Positions 31,090 to 46,211 of a DNA stretch of 64,000 nt are shown here, in pieces. The first letter of the stretch is position 1. Each line of letters begins with the position of its first letter. The notes beneath the pieces were generated by a model, which worked only from the letters and a program-made list of their open reading frames with translations, did not search any database and was not told where the DNA came from. This DNA comes from Eledone cirrhosa (Eukaryota): NCBI GenBank assembly GCA_964016885.1, contig OZ024749.1:22754001-22818000 (forward strand), in the 5' to 3' direction. The translations under genes and the position numbers were made by a program.

Positions 31090-31392
31090 TTCATCAACAT
31101 CACTATCATCAACAACAATAGCAACACCAGGAAAAAAACATCAACGGCAGCAAATTACAAACAACAACAACAGCAGCAGCAACGCCAATAGCTACTACTA
31201 CTACAACAACAATAACAACAACCACAATAACAAAAGCAAGAACAACAACACCAAACGCAACAATCACAACGACAGCAACAGCTGCAACAACAACAACATC
31301 GACAATTACTACAACAACAATAACCACAGCTACAGCGACCATAATTACAGCAACAGCAAAAGGAAGAACAACACCAACTACAACAAAAGGAC

Positions 31393-31459
<67 letters not shown>

Positions 31460-31690
31460 AAGAAGAAGAAGAAGAAGAAGAAGAAGAAGAAGAAGAAGAA
31501 GAAAAACAACAACAGCAACAACACCACCAACAACAACAGCAGCAACAGCAATAATAATAAGAAGAACAACAGCAATAACACCACCACCACCACCACCACC
31601 ACCACCACCACAACGACCAGCACTACCACCACCAACAACAACAACAACAACAGCAACAACAGCAACAAGAACAGCAGCAACAACAACATA
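31090..31690. repeat. (AAC)n/(AAT)n/(GAA)n compound microsatellite
   Basis: Read directly from sequence. Confidence 0.9.
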
Positions 31691-31982
31691 ACGGTTCCTA
31701 ATGTAAACACATCCTGGAGACATCTTAGAAATGGAATAAAATAAACTGTAGATTTGGTGAGGCATTGAAAACTGCCGTAGCATATTTCAAACGTTTGCAG
31801 ATGTCTTCGACACGATTTTGTTGAAGATTTCAACCAGCAAGAATTTACATAAATATAGAATTTTACAAGAATACTGTTCGCTCAAGTGTACCATCCAAAC
31901 TATTGGATGTCTGAATAACTCAGATGAACAAGAACAATGATGATGATGATGATGATGTTGATAATATGTAATTAGAATATAT

Positions 31983-32052
<70 letters not shown>

Positions 32053-32113
32053 GCACATACAAATATACACACACACACACACATACACACATATATACAC
32101 ATATATATATATA

Positions 32114-32214
<101 letters not shown>

Positions 32215-33233
32215 ATGTGAAGGCGCGTTGCTGAGTGTTAAAATAATTGGATTCGCAATCGTGAGGTTGTAAGTTCGATTCCTGGACCAGGTGATGCGTT
32301 ATGTCCTTTAGTAAGACACTTCACGTTGCTCCTTCTACCTGGAGTTGCGACCGATAGAGTGTATTAGCAATTGGATAGACCAATGGAAACATTGTTTCCT
32401 CGGTCCTATTTGACGAAAGTCGAACAAGTCTATACACACACACATACACATATATATATATATCGAGCCCTCTTTGGATTTTAGTCTTCAAATTTATTAT
32501 TATTACTATATATATATATAATAACTAGGAATTGATCAACATATATATAAATAAATATAAACATGAAAAATCACAGGAGATAATTTCTACAAGCGTGTAA
32601 CCACTCATGGCTCGTAGGTAACAAGTAAATAAAGTTAACTAGAAATACAAAAATGGATACCTTTTAATGATTAATCTTCCCTGAATATATTCCATTAAAG
32701 AAATATATTTCACCAATTAATCAGATGGTAAGTCACGGAAAGTGGATATTATTGGATTATCAACAAGGAATAATAATATCAAGCGATCCATGTTTACACT
32801 TCGAGTCAAAATCTTAAACTGGCCGTTATCACGTGTTGATATTACACATCACAGCGGCTTCGTTTCAGTGGCGTGAATAGGTATTCGACAACTAGAAATA
32901 GCAGTCAATTCCCTTCAACAGAGTTAGCTCTACAATTAAGGAGCAGCATTTATATATCTATATCCAAAATTAAGATAGATTAAAAGAATTCAATCAGAAT
33001 CGAAATTGTAGGTGTCATTCCTTAACGAAATGCGCCATATCGCCCGGAAAATAAGCTCTAGGACTTTGTAGGTACGAGCATTTAATAATAACTAGGAATT
33101 GATCAACATATATATAAATATAAACATGAAAAATCACAGGAGATAATTTCTACAAGCGTTTAACCACGCATGGCTAGTAGGTAACAAGTAAATAAAAACA
33201 ATATATATATATATTATAATTATATATTTACAT

Positions 33234-33265
<32 letters not shown>

Positions 33266-33559
33266 TATAATTATATATATATAGATAGATATGTATATAT
33301 ATGTGAGCATGTATATCTCTGTTTTGTTTTGTATATAATTTCTTCTCAATTCGCTACAGTCGCTATCTCCTTCGCCTGCCTCGTATAATATTTGATCAAC
33401 CGATCACATGCTTGGTGGCATATAGTTACGTCCCTTTGCGTTGTAAGTTCAAATCCCACCGAGGTTAGCTTTGCCTTTAATCCTTACGGGGTCGATAAAA
33501 TAAAGTACCGCTTTCGCACTAGGATCGATTTAATCAGCTTCCCTCTTCTCCAAAATTGC

Positions 33560-33940
33560 TTGACGGACTTCCATAAATATATGACGGGCTTTCATACATT
33601 TACGATTGGGCGTCTATCCATTTATGCCTGGGCTTCCATACATTTATGATGGACTTCCACGCATTTAAGACTGTGCTTCCATACATTTATAACGGACTTG
33701 CACTCATTTACGACATGATTTTCATACATCTATGACTGGATTTCCGAACATTTACGACTGGACCTCATACTTTTACGACTGGGCTTAATATACACGAATG
33801 GGCTTTCCTATATTTGAGACGAACTTCCTTACATTTACGACGGAGTTCCATACATTCACGACGGGTTTCCATACATTTATCATAGGCTTTCATACATTTA
33901 CGACGGAATTCCACACATTTAAATCAGACTTCCATATATT
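33560..33940. repeat. ~21-bp minisatellite (GACGGGCTTCCATACATTTAC)
   Basis: About 17 degenerate head-to-tail units. Confidence 0.85.
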
Positions 33941-34789
33941 TCTCTCACTCTCTTTTCACAATTTACCTATCAAGACTTGTACCGATTTGAGGGATATTTT
34001 AACAATACTTCCCAAAGATTCTACCACACAGCGAGATCGAACAATAGACGAATGATTTACAAAGCGAATCTCCTAACTACTCAACCCTCTCTACAAACAC
34101 ATATCCTTATAAACAACCATTTATACAACATAAAATGTCCTCATTGCGCCTGTTTCTCTTTTTACGTCAAAAGTCTTAACCTGTTGCTTGTAATATACGA
34201 TTGTATATAATAATACTTTACCTTTAACATAACATCGTTCCATATTCAGTAATTTTCTATACAGTTTTTGTAGAAATTGTGTTTGACCTTTTAGTCACAA
34301 CGTGTATAAGTTTGCTCTCACTTGAATGCAGTAGCAGGTTTTGTCTTTGTTTCTATTGCTATTTCCAATTGAAATTTATAAGTTCTAGCAGGAAATGTCA
34401 CCTTAGCTAAAGTAAAACTCTACTTATTATCGCAGCCATTTTGTATCCATAAATCACAATGAATAATTCATAAGTTATCCCGTATCTAACTTACTTTTCT
34501 CTAGTATTTGCAGCAGAAAGATAGGCTCACACTTTCTGTAATATGTATTTGCTGCAGATAAAGCTAGAATCATATTTTTTCCGTCTTTGATATATTGTTA
34601 TCATTTCCATGTTTTTTTCCCGTTTCTTTTATTACTTTATTTATCTGTTTGTTTGTTTTTCTTCCTTTTTTTTCTAGGTATTTCTAATGTCAATTATGCT
34701 GAAATATTATGCATCGTGAATGAAATATGTGGATAGACGGGAACTTCTCGGAAGGCGGTGTGATGGACTCTATTTGAATTTTAACGGAC

Positions 34790-35465
34790 AAGTCATGTGG
34801 TCCACGGTGTCACGCGCAATCAGCCCCCAAAATTATGTTCAGGATACTCGCGTTTGTGGAATACTCAGGCCTTAATTTACCAGTCTTGACGTACACAGTG
34901 TGACGTGATACACCCCTTCCCCAAATTATGTTAAGGATAAACGTATTTGTAGAATGCCCAGCCCTTAACAGACAAACCTTATATTACATGGTGTCATGCG
35001 AAGTCAGCCCCCAAAATTACGTTAAGGATACACGTGTTTGTGGAATGCCCAACCCTTAACAAAACAACCTTGTACTACACTGTGTAACGTGAAACCAACA
35101 GCAAATTATGTTAAGGATACACATTTTTTTGGAATGTTTAGCCCTTAACAGACAAACCTGCGTCGTGCGCTGTATTATGTATTACTCTGTAATATGTAAT
35201 ACTCTGTATTATGTAATACTCTGTATTATCAGCTTCAAAATTAAGTTAAGAATACACGTGTTTGTGGAAGGGCGAACACTTAATAAACCACCCATGTCGC
35301 ACACAGTGTCACATGATACCACCAGCAAAACAAATACGTCCACGATATTCGTGTTTGTACAACGCCCAACCCTTAACAGAACAGCCTTGTGTCATGCAGA
35401 TCTAACCCCGAAATTAGGTTAAGGGTACACGTGTTCATGGAATACTCAGCACTTTCCACGTTAAG
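34790..35465. repeat. ~85-bp degenerate tandem repeat
   Basis: Recurrent AAATTATGTTAAGGATACACGTGTTTGTGGAATGCCCAACCCTTAACAGAC. Confidence 0.8.
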
Positions 35466-36744
35466 TTATTGAGTAGGCTAGCTAGGATTTTAGTGGATCG
35501 AACAATTGGGACACATATCGTCGAAATCAACGAAGGCTCATTCAATGCTGAAACTGAAAAATGTTTTGCCTTTTCAGTCAAGTCAATTGTTTTAATGGTC
35601 CATGGTTTCATATTTCTCCAGCACATTTCCTATTTTAATAGAGTGGAGTGGGTGACTATATGAATGTGGTCATATATCTATTGTAGTGACCATAAGCAAT
35701 GATAGCAAGTATGATTGTTCTATGCCATATCACAAGTCTTGGTATTACTTTGACTTAATTTCTGTGTTGACTGATAAAATGACAAGTCTGTCAATCATAT
35801 GGATGGCCTCCCTACAGCCCCGGCGGACAGAATGGAGAAGGCGTTTCTCCGGAGGACGGCAAGGGAGACGCGATGGAAGAACCATTCCAGCTTGTCAGGC
35901 TCACAAGAACAGTGAAACAGACAGGATAATATGTTTCATAGGGAGAAGAGGACATAAACACTGTAAAAAGTGTGTGGTGTTTGAAGCAATTAACCGTACA
36001 CTTCATGAAGGTCTAAAGACTAAATAATGTATTGAGCATGGAGGCTCCACAGACTGGCGCTTGTCAAGATTTCTGTGGCGTAAAGCGACTGAGAGTACAA
36101 AACCTCCTCCCGGGACATGACCCCTGTCCATAGTAGAGTAAAAATCTGTCTCGATCCCAGAGGTTCTTGAGTCCAGTGCTTATTCCGATTTCCGTGGCGT
36201 TAAGCAACCGAGAATATAAGACTCCCTTCCCGCCTGGAAAGGACGCTAGTCCATCGCAGGATTAAAACCCTGGCTATTACTGGTACTCATTTTCAGATGA
36301 GTATAATGGAGCAACGTGAAATGAAGTGTTTTGCTCAAGAACACAACACACAACCCAGTCCAGGAATCGAACTCAATACATTATGATCATAAGTCCAACA
36401 CCCTTAAACCTGGGCCATGCGACTCTCCGAAGCTCCATGAATTGGGAGAGTTAAAATAGCTGGCAGAGAGGTTTAGTTGCTCCCTCGAAATGATTCCAGA
36501 ATCTCTATTGACACAAATTCATACACAAGGCTCTTGTTCCATGTGAAGCTGTTATTTATTCAGCACAACAACAACAACAACAACAACAACACCACCACCA
36601 CCAACAACAACAACAATAATAATAATAATAATAATAATAATATTGTTGATGATGATGATAACAACAACCACGGCAATAATGATAATAGTAATCATGATGA
36701 TAATGATGATAATGATCAAAATAATCATTATGATGATCATGTTG

Positions 36745-36791
<47 letters not shown>

Positions 36792-36793
<2 letters not shown>

Positions 36794-39700
36794 TTTCATT
36801 TATTAGCCACAAGGGCCGACATGTAGGGGACAATACAAAGACAGGGACAGTGGGGGTTTACAATAAGGTCGAGTAAAAGTGCACAATGGCAAGACTAATT
36901 TAACAATGAAAATATAAAAAATATAAAATAAACTATGCATAAATATAACAAAATAAATTCCCCGATAGGGGGTGGACGACCCTGGGGTGATTCGGGTACC
37001 CCACCAATCCTGAACCACTCTGCGCTTCTAGGGCACCCAGGAGAGCACCCCTCTCCTCAAGTTAGCCAGCCTATAAGCGCATGGTCAGAGTAGGCCCATT
37101 CACACGAGCCATTCTCGCCACATTCACCCACCTTTTAGCAAATGTACTGGGGGGCAGCACTTCTCTCTCCACCTCACCCTCCTTTCCAGGTGAAACTTGA
37201 AGAAGTTGATGAGGGATTGGCCGAAGAGAAAAGTGTCTGTCTTTAGTCCTTTCAACCTGGTCCACCATATAATCTCTTTCGCAAATGCCACCAGACAGAG
37301 GAAAATGTCCTGCTCTTCCTGACCTAAGGAAGGTGGCGGCTCGATCTTCACTATGGACTCGGCCGATAGCCGCATTCGTTCCACACGCGACAGTAGCTGT
37401 TCGACATAACTCCACAAGTCAGTAATGCACGGACATTGGACAAGTGCGTGCAGAACGGTTTCGTCGTCCTGTGCGCATCTTGGTCAGGTCCGTCTGACAG
37501 CACTTCCGTGCCTGTAGAGTTTATCCCGAACCGGCAGTGCCCCCCCGGTAGCACTGCCAAGGGAGGGATTTCTGGAAATTGTCCATCGTCCCCGGCTCAA
37601 AATTCCTCCGATACAGACTGGTCAGTTCGACTTCGTCGAGGCCCAAAGCTTCTCCGAGTGCGTCATCGCACTTGCCCACCACTAATCCTCTATAGAACTC
37701 GAGAGTGGAAGTTCCACTGATCGCATTACCCGCTTGGTAGAGGGCAGTGAGTGCCTGGCAACATTCCAGGTGCCAGTCACCCAGTCTCGGTCTCTTCTTG
37801 ACCCAGGACTGCAGCTCAGTCAAAGAAATGAGCTGCGGAAATGCCCGTCTGATAAACGGCCACCACACCTGTTCAACATTGAGGCAGAATATCTGGAGAT
37901 GTCGCAGCCTCAACGCATGTCTGCGCATCATCGAGGGTGCTGGCTGCGGATGGACCGCCTCACCAAAGGAACTTGTCCCCTCCACAAGAATTTGAAGAGG
38001 AGCCGTTCCAACTTGACGAGCCGCGGACGGGGGCAAGGCACGACGGTTAGGCGGTAGTAGATGACGGACGCGATGTACGCATTCGCCACCTCCGCGTGAC
38101 CTTTCAGTGATAGCTTCCTCCCAGCCCATTTTTGGGTGAGACTGGCTACTCTGCTCGTTACCTCGTCCCAATTCTTTTCCACCTGGAGGTCTGGTCCGAA
38201 CCAAACCCCGAGCAACTTTACTGGTCCGTCCGTCCAGCGCCCCGCGACGCTGTTGGACGGCATGGGCTTGCCTCTCTAGGTTCCGAGCTGCAAGCCCATC
38301 GACTTTTCCGGGTTAAGTTTGGCTCCTGTCAACCTTTCATATTCCTTCAATAAGGTGCCGACCACCTCGATTTCTGAGGTGTTCGACACCATCAGGGTGA
38401 TGTCGTCTGCATAAGCCGACACCGCCTTTCCACATCCCGGTTCGAGCGGGATGCCCTGCAACAGCTCCAGCTTCCGCAGTAAAGGCTCGAGAGTCAATAC
38501 CTACAGAAGGGAAGAGAGAGGGCACCCTTGACGGACCGATCGGGAGAGCCGAAATGCTTCCGAGAGGTGGCCATTAACCTTGACCACCGAGCGTGTGCTG
38601 CTGTGCATTGCAATGATCCAGCTTCTAAAGACAGGGCCGAAGCCAGCTGCTTTGAGGACAAACTCCAGATACCGATGGTCGACCCTATCGAATGCTTTCG
38701 ATTGATCTAAATTGATCAGTGCCCCACCGAAGCCAGGTTTACACCATACCCTCTCTATGATGTATCGCATGAGGTGGAGATTGTCGTGTATGGACCTGGC
38801 TGGGATTGCGCAAGTTTGCGCCTCCCCAACCAAATCCTCGACGACAAGCGCCAATCTCTTTGCTAACACCTTGGCCAAAATCTTAAACTCTGTGTTGAGC
38901 AGAGTTATGGGCCTGAAGTTGTCTAATGTATCCCTCTTGTTCTCGTCTTTCCTTATCAGCGTCACCACTCCCCTGCTCACAGAACTGGGAATACTCCCAT
39001 TCTGCTGCCAGCTACAGTAGAGTGCTTTGAGGAGTTCGGAGAACAAGTCTGGCATATTTACGTAAAGCTCGTAGGGCAGGCCATCCAAACCGGGTGACTT
39101 GCGCCTCATGCAGCCGACAAGGGCGTCCTGAATTTCGGCTGAAGTAATCGGCCTTTCGCAGCGCTCAGCGTCGACCGTCGAGATGCGCGGCAAGCCGTCA
39201 TGGTAGGGACTGAAATCTGCTACTCTCTCTGACTCGCCACTCTCCCTGAACAACCGAGCAAAGTGCTGGCGAAAGGCCTCACACATCCGCTTGGAATCGC
39301 TTATCTCGTGTCCGTCTCGGTCCGCCAAAGACCGAATTGTGGTTTATTACCACGCTGCGCCTCCGCCACGCGGGCCCATCGAACAGCTTTAGTTCCCTCG
39401 TTTCTCAGCGCACGCGCCTTAGCTCTGACAATGCAACCTTCGTGTTTGGGCATTGAAGAAATGGTCTAATGCCATTCTCGCCGCTAGCACGTCAGTTGCG
39501 ATGCCACTACAAATAGCCTCGTCTAACTTATCTACCAGCTCCCCCTCCTTTCTATTTTTCTCTAACGCTAGTTCTTTGCTGAACTCTATCGAAGTTACTC
39601 TAATCTCTCTTTTGAGAGCCCCCCACCATCTGTTGTTGATGATCCCCCCTGTCAACATTTGCTTAACTAACTTATAGACTTGGTCCCTGTAAGCCTTACG

Positions 39701-39920
39701 TGCCGGGAATGACATGTTCAGCTTCCAGTAACCCGGTCCTAACCTACGCGTTTTATTTAGGTCGACCGTACAGATCACAAATTTGTGATCTGAATAGGCG
39801 ACCGTTTTAAAAAGTGGACAGCCCACACTATTTCTATCTATTTTCCTAATGAAGATTCTGTCTATATACGATCTAGATGACCCCATTCGGTTGGTCCATG
39901 TCCATACTGGCACATTGGGG
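36792..39920 (-). mobile_element. Tx1/L1-clade LINE copy A, 5'-truncated, disrupted ORF2
   Basis: APE C-terminus (WTWTN..SYIDRIF..SDHK..GPGYWKLN), RT (KSPGLDGLP, FRPITLLN, LDQSKAFDRV, SVRQGCPLS, AYADD) and C-terminal Cys/His knuckle, with stops and frameshifts. (AAT)n on both sides. Confidence 0.92.
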
Positions 39921-39947
39921 AATAATAATAATAATAATAATAATAAT

Positions 39948-42736
39948 GATTTCTTTATTAACCACAAGGGTTTACATAAAGTAGACATTAAGGACAGTGC
40001 AGGACAATACAGGACGGTACTAATGGGCAATTCTGCGTGTAAAAAACAAAAACAGAGGATGTAACGAAAAAATAACAATGAAAAATTCCTCAATAGGGGG
40101 GAGACTTCGGAGGGACATTTGTGGAGAAAGCCCAGTAAAAGGCCACAGTGACCCTGACCACCAAGGCATGTGCCCTCTTCCAGTTTTCCACCTTTAATTT
40201 ACATATACGTACTCAGAGTAGGCCCATTCACTATGGGCCTTCTTGCTTCTCTCACCCATCTTTCAACAAAATGCTGGGAAGAGAGCACTTCCCTCTCTAC
40301 TCTGATTTTCCTATTCAAATGAAATTTGAAAAAGTCAATCAGGGCATCACCGAATAGGTAAGTGCTCGTCTTCAGCCCTTTCAAACGTGTCCACAATACT
40401 ATCTCTTTCGCCATGGCCACCAGACAGATAAAAACTGCCTGCCCTTCCCGGCTAAAGGAAGAGGGCGGGCATCCTCACGATGGACTCAGATCATAGCCGG
40501 ATCCGTCCTACACACGACAGCAGGTGTTCGACATAAACCCACAAGTCAGCAATTTTCGGACACTGAACGAGTGCGTGCAGGACGGTTTCGTCGCCCTGCA
40601 CGCATCTTGGACATGCCCGGCTGACGGCACCTCCATGCCTGTAGAGTTTATCCCGAACTGGCAAGGCTCCTCGGTAGCACTGCCAGGCCAGAGATTTCTG
40701 GAAGTTGTCCATAGGTCCCGGCCCGAAAGTACTTCCGAAGAGATTGGCTAGTTGATTTTCGTCGACGCCTAGACTTTCCCCAAGTACGTCCTCGCTCTTC
40801 CCCTCCACTAATCCTCTATAGAACGCCGAGGTGGAGTTTCCACCGATCACATTGTCCGATTGGTCGAGGGCTGTGAGCGCCTGAAGATATTCCAGTCTCC
40901 AAGCGCTCCCTCTCGGTCTTCGCTTGACCCAGGACTGCAGCTCCGTCAAGGAAACGAGCTGGGGAAATACGTGTCTAGCAAACGGCGACCACACCTGATC
41001 ACCGTCGAGGAAGAGGTGGAGATGTTGTAGCCTGAGCGCGTGTCTGCGCATCATCAGCCACGGCATTCCCAGCCCTCAACGTAGCGATTGTTGGCAGCAG
41101 ATGGACCGCCTGACCATCGGAGCGCGTCCCTTCCACAAAAAGCGAAAGAGCAAACGCTCCAGCGCACTCAGGCGGGGCTTAGGACAAGGTAAGACGGTCA
41201 GGCGGTAACAGATAACAGACGCGATGTACGCGTTAGCCACCTCCGCTCGACCTTTCAGGGATAGCTTCCTCTCCGCCCATTTCTGGGTGAGAGAAGCCAC
41301 TCTGCTCGTCACGCCGTCACAGTTTTTGTCCGTCTGGAGGTCCGGACCGAACCAGACCCCTAGCATTTTAACCGGTCCGTCCGTCCAGCGCCCGACGACG
41401 CTGTTGGACGGTATGGACCTGCCTCTCCAGGTGCCGAGCTGCAGGCCCACTGACTTTTCCTGGTTGATCATTGCTCCTGTCACCGCTTCGTATTCTCTTA
41501 GTGTAGTGCCGATCGCCTCGATGTGTTTGGCGTTCGACACCACTACGGTGACATCGTCCGCATATGCTAACATGGATCTTCCGCATCCTAGTTCGCGCGG
41601 GACCCCCCTCAACGTATCTAGTTTGTGCAGTAATGGCTCGAGATTCAATACGTACAAGAGGGACGAGAGGGGAGATCCTTGGCGGACCGAGCGCATGATG
41701 TTGAACGGTTCCGAAAGGTGACCGTTCACTCTCACCACAGAGCAGATGTCGCTGTGCATAGCAGCGATCCAGCCTCTGAAGACGGCCAAAAGCCAGCCGC
41801 CCTCAGGACTGCCGCTAGGTAACGATGGTCGACCCTATCGAAATCTTTCGACTGATCTAAATTGATCAAGGACCCACCCGTGCCAGGTTCCCTACCTACC
41901 CTCTCTACGATGTATCGCATGAGGTGGAGGTTGTCGTGGATGGATCTGTCGGGAATGGCGCACGTCTGCGCCTCTCCCACCAGACCACCAACGACAAGTG
42001 CTAACCTCTTTGCTAGCACCTTGGCCGAAATCTTAAACTCTGTGTGTAGCAGTGTTATGGCACTGAAATTATCTATGTTGTCCCCCTCGTTCGGATCCTT
42101 TCTCAGCAGCGCCACCGCTCCTCGGCTCACAGAGCTGGGAATTCTCCCGTTCTGTTGCCAGTTGCAGTAGACGTCCGCCAAGAGGCCCCCGAACAAGTCT
42201 GGTATCTGTACGTAAAGTTCATAGGGCAGACCATCCAAACCAGGCGATTTAACCTTTGTGCAGCCAGTCATTGCCTCCCTTACTTCAGCGGCTGTTATCG
42301 GCTTTTCGCAACACTCCGCCTCAGTGGCCGAGAGCCATGGCAGTCCGTCGAGGTAGACACTAAAGTCCATCTCTCGATCCGGCTCGCCGCTGCCCCCGAA
42401 CAGCTGTGCGAAGTGCGGCTGAAAAGCTTCACACATTTGCCCGGGATCGAGTAGCATGCGCCCGTCGTGGTCCACCAAAGACCGGATCGGGGCTTTGTTG
42501 CCACGATGCGTCTCCGCCACTCGAGCCCATTGAACGGCTTTCGTCCCCTCGTGTCTGAGAGCACGCACCCTAGCTCTGACAACGCAGCCTTCGTGCTTTG
42601 CATTGAAGAATTGGTCAAGGGCCAATTTCGCCGCAAGTACGTCGGTCGCGAAGCCTTTGCTAAGCGCCTCGTCTAATTTTCTAACTAATTCTCCCTCTGC
42701 TCTATTTTTTCTCTAGTGCTAAAGCCTTACTAAACC
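39948..42736 (-). mobile_element. Tx1/L1-clade LINE copy B, 5'-truncated, disrupted ORF2
   Basis: Same RT motifs (SVRQGSPLS, AYADD, CPRC..ETVLHALVQC), a diverged paralog of copy A. (AAT)n at 39921-39947 and 42737-42757. Confidence 0.92.
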
Positions 42737-43014
42737 TAATAATAATAATAATAATAAAAATGGCAATAAAAATAAACACAAATAAAATAAGAATCAAAAT
42801 CAATGAATGAATCATTTCCCTTACAAAATCAATACCAATAATCAATTCAGCTTTCCATGCTAAAATACGTTACTGCGATTTTAAATGTAATATTTGATCT
42901 AAACACAACATCAACAGAAATAGGGAGCTAGCAGCAACGCAGCGGCCTTTTATTAATGCCCTGCAATCCTGGTATTAATTCACAATTTCACAGTTATTAT
43001 TTATCTAGTTTTAT

Positions 43015-44465
43015 GGTGGATTGGCAGTATCGGTAGAGGGTCGGACGCCATGCTTTCCAGCATAGTTACGTCCCTTTACCATCTGAGTTCAAATCCCGCC
43101 GAGGTTGACTTTGCCTTTCATCCTTACGGGGTCGATAAAATAAAGTACCAGTAATGCACTGGTAATTGCTGGCCTTGTGCCTAAAGTAGAAACAATTATT
43201 GTGATTATTATTATTTTAATTATAGGACGGTGGTTTGGCAGTATCGGTAGAGTGTCAGTCACCATACTTTGCAGCATATAGTTATTGCCGTTTACATTCT
43301 GAGTTCAAATCCGCCTAGGTAAACTTTGCCTTTCATCCTTACGGGGTCGATAAAATAAAGTACCAGTAATGCACTGATTTAATTTTTGCTGGCCTTGTGC
43401 CAAAAGAAGAAACAATTATTATTATAATTATAATTTTGTTAGGGCGGTGTTTGGTAGTATCGGAAGAACGTCGAGCAACTTTGTGGTTCATAATTTCGGC
43501 CCTTTAGATTCCGAGTTCACATCCGCCGAGGTTAGCCTTTCAGCCTTATAGGGTCGATAAAATAGTAAAGTACCAATCACGCACTTGGGTCGAGTTGATC
43601 GACTTTCCCCTGCCCCGAAATTGCTGGCCTTGTGCCTATAATACAAATCATTATTATTTGTATTGTTAGGGCTGAAGAGTGGCAGTATCAGTAGAGCGTC
43701 GGACAAAATTCTTTATGGTATATAGCTACATCCCGTTACATTCTGAGTTCATACCTTGCCAAGGTTAGCTTTGATTTATCCTTACGGTGTCGATACAATA
43801 AAGTACCATAACCGCACTGGGGTCGATTTTCTCATGCTCCAAAATTGTTAGGCTTTTGCCTAAATCAGAAACTATTAGTGGTGGATTGGCAGTATCGGTA
43901 GAAGGTCAGACGCCATGCTTAGCGGCATAGAGTTACGGCCTTTTATGATCTGAGTTTAAATCCCACTAAGGTTAACTTTGCCTCTCATCCTTTCGGGTTC
44001 GATCAAAATAAAGTACCAGCAATGCACTGGGGTAATTGCTGGGATTGTGCCAAAAGTAGAAACAATTATTACTTTTTCATTCAGGGTAGTATCGATAGAG
44101 AGTTGGACACCATGTTTGCAGCAGAGTTACGGCCCTTGACAGTCTGTGTTCAAATCCCGGAGAGGTTAACTTTGCATTTCATCCTTTAGGGGGTCGATAA
44201 ATTAAAGTACCAGTAATACACTGGCGTAATTACTGGCCTTGTGCCAATTATTAGTATTATTTGTTTTTTTAGGGCAGAGTATTGCCATCTCCAGCATAGG
44301 GTACGACAGCTTGCTTTGATTAGTCTGAGTTCATGTCTCGCCAAGGTAAACCTTGCCTTCCATGCTTATAGGGTCGATAAAATAAAGTATAAGTAACACA
44401 CTCGGGACGGTTTAATCGATTTTCCCCTTTCCCTTCACTTTGCTGAATTTGTGCCTAATGTAAAA
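43015..44465 (+). mobile_element. Head-to-tail array of about 7 SINE family 1 copies
   Basis: Repeated TGGCAGTATCGG (A box) ... GAGTTCAAATCC (B box) ... GGGTCGATAAAATAAAGTACC about every 210 bp. Confidence 0.85.
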
Positions 44466-44917
44466 AAAAATATATATATTTTCTAATTATATTTTTACAT
44501 TTCGTGTTTTATGATGTTTGAATTTGTAGTAGTGTGTACTGGTTTCTTTTTTTTCCCATTTTGCTTTTTACTGAATTATCTAGGACATGGCAGTCGTGAC
44601 AAAACGAATAGGACAAACTTATAACTTCTATGATAAATTTACACACTGCGTTGCAAAGCAAAGCAAAGCAAAGAAAACCTAAACTATTTCAATAAAACGC
44701 ACTTTTAATAATGGCGCAGCAGCAAGTTCAACAACAATATCAATAACAGCAACAACAACAACATCAACAACAACAACAATGACAACAACAATAACAACAA
44801 CAACAACAGCAACAGTTTTGTATGCAGATCAACATGAGATTTTAATCAGATATAGCTTTTGATGTAATCAAAATTTCTTTTTATTATTATTGTTATTACT
44901 ATTACTATTATCATTAC

Positions 44918-44967
<50 letters not shown>

Positions 44968-45486
44968 ATTGTTAATTTTATTCGTTTTTTTCCCATTTTC
45001 TTAAACAAATGGTTGTTTGCCTCGCTTTAGAAATTCAATATCACAGACATATTATGTTAGCTTAGACCATTAAACATAATTTTTGACACTGCGGTGTGTA
45101 AATGAATAACAAACAACATCGAACGTTAGTCTGTATAGTTTAGATATTTCTATTTGTTTCAAAAATGCCTTCATTTTTTGTTGTAAATTTCCTTCTATTT
45201 TATTTACTTTACATTACTTGTTGTTGTCGTTTCAAATTTCCCACATTCAATAAAGGAAAGACATTTGATCAAACATCTGATGGCATTACAGTGAAAATTG
45301 ATAAAAAAAAAGAAGAGAAGAGAATAAGGAATTTTAGAATGATATAAAAATAAAAATTAAAATAAAAAAATATATGAAAGAAAATGTGGAAAAATAAGGA
45401 AAGCAATTCAGAGGAAAGTCAGAAAATTTCCAATCAAGAGACTTTTCAGAGAAGATATGTTATTACTATTATTATTATATTACTAT

Positions 45487-45521
<35 letters not shown>

Positions 45522-45587
45522 TATATATGTATATATATATGTATATATATATGTATATATATATATATATATATATAAATATATATA

Positions 45588-45651
<64 letters not shown>

Positions 45652-45810
45652 TATATATTTATATATATATATATATATACATATATATATTTATATATAT
45701 ATATATATACATATATATATTTATATATAAATATATATATAAATATATATATGTATATATATATATAAATATATATATGTACATATATATAAATATATAT
45801 ATAAATACAT

Positions 45811-45867
<57 letters not shown>

Positions 45868-46080
45868 CACAAACACACATATACACAGAAACATGCACAC
45901 ACATATAGATATATATTTGAACATGGAGATAATGGAGGTGACGCTCTACGGCGGAATAAGACAGAATAAGTGTGTAAATGAGGTGGAGGGAGTGAGGTAG
46001 GTGTGTAGACTATGTTCGAGATTGAGTGCATCAAAGTCAAGCACTGTGTGGCATATATATATAGCTGTGTATGCATGTAC

Positions 46081-46130
<50 letters not shown>

Positions 46131-46147
46131 CTGTGTATGCATGCATG

Positions 46148-46211
<64 letters not shown>

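Noticed and set aside
39419-40093. 224-aa ORF with a hydrophobic poly-Leu N-terminus
   Set aside because: Chimeric read-through of copy B's 3' UTR and (ATT)n into the truncated endonuclease of copy A.
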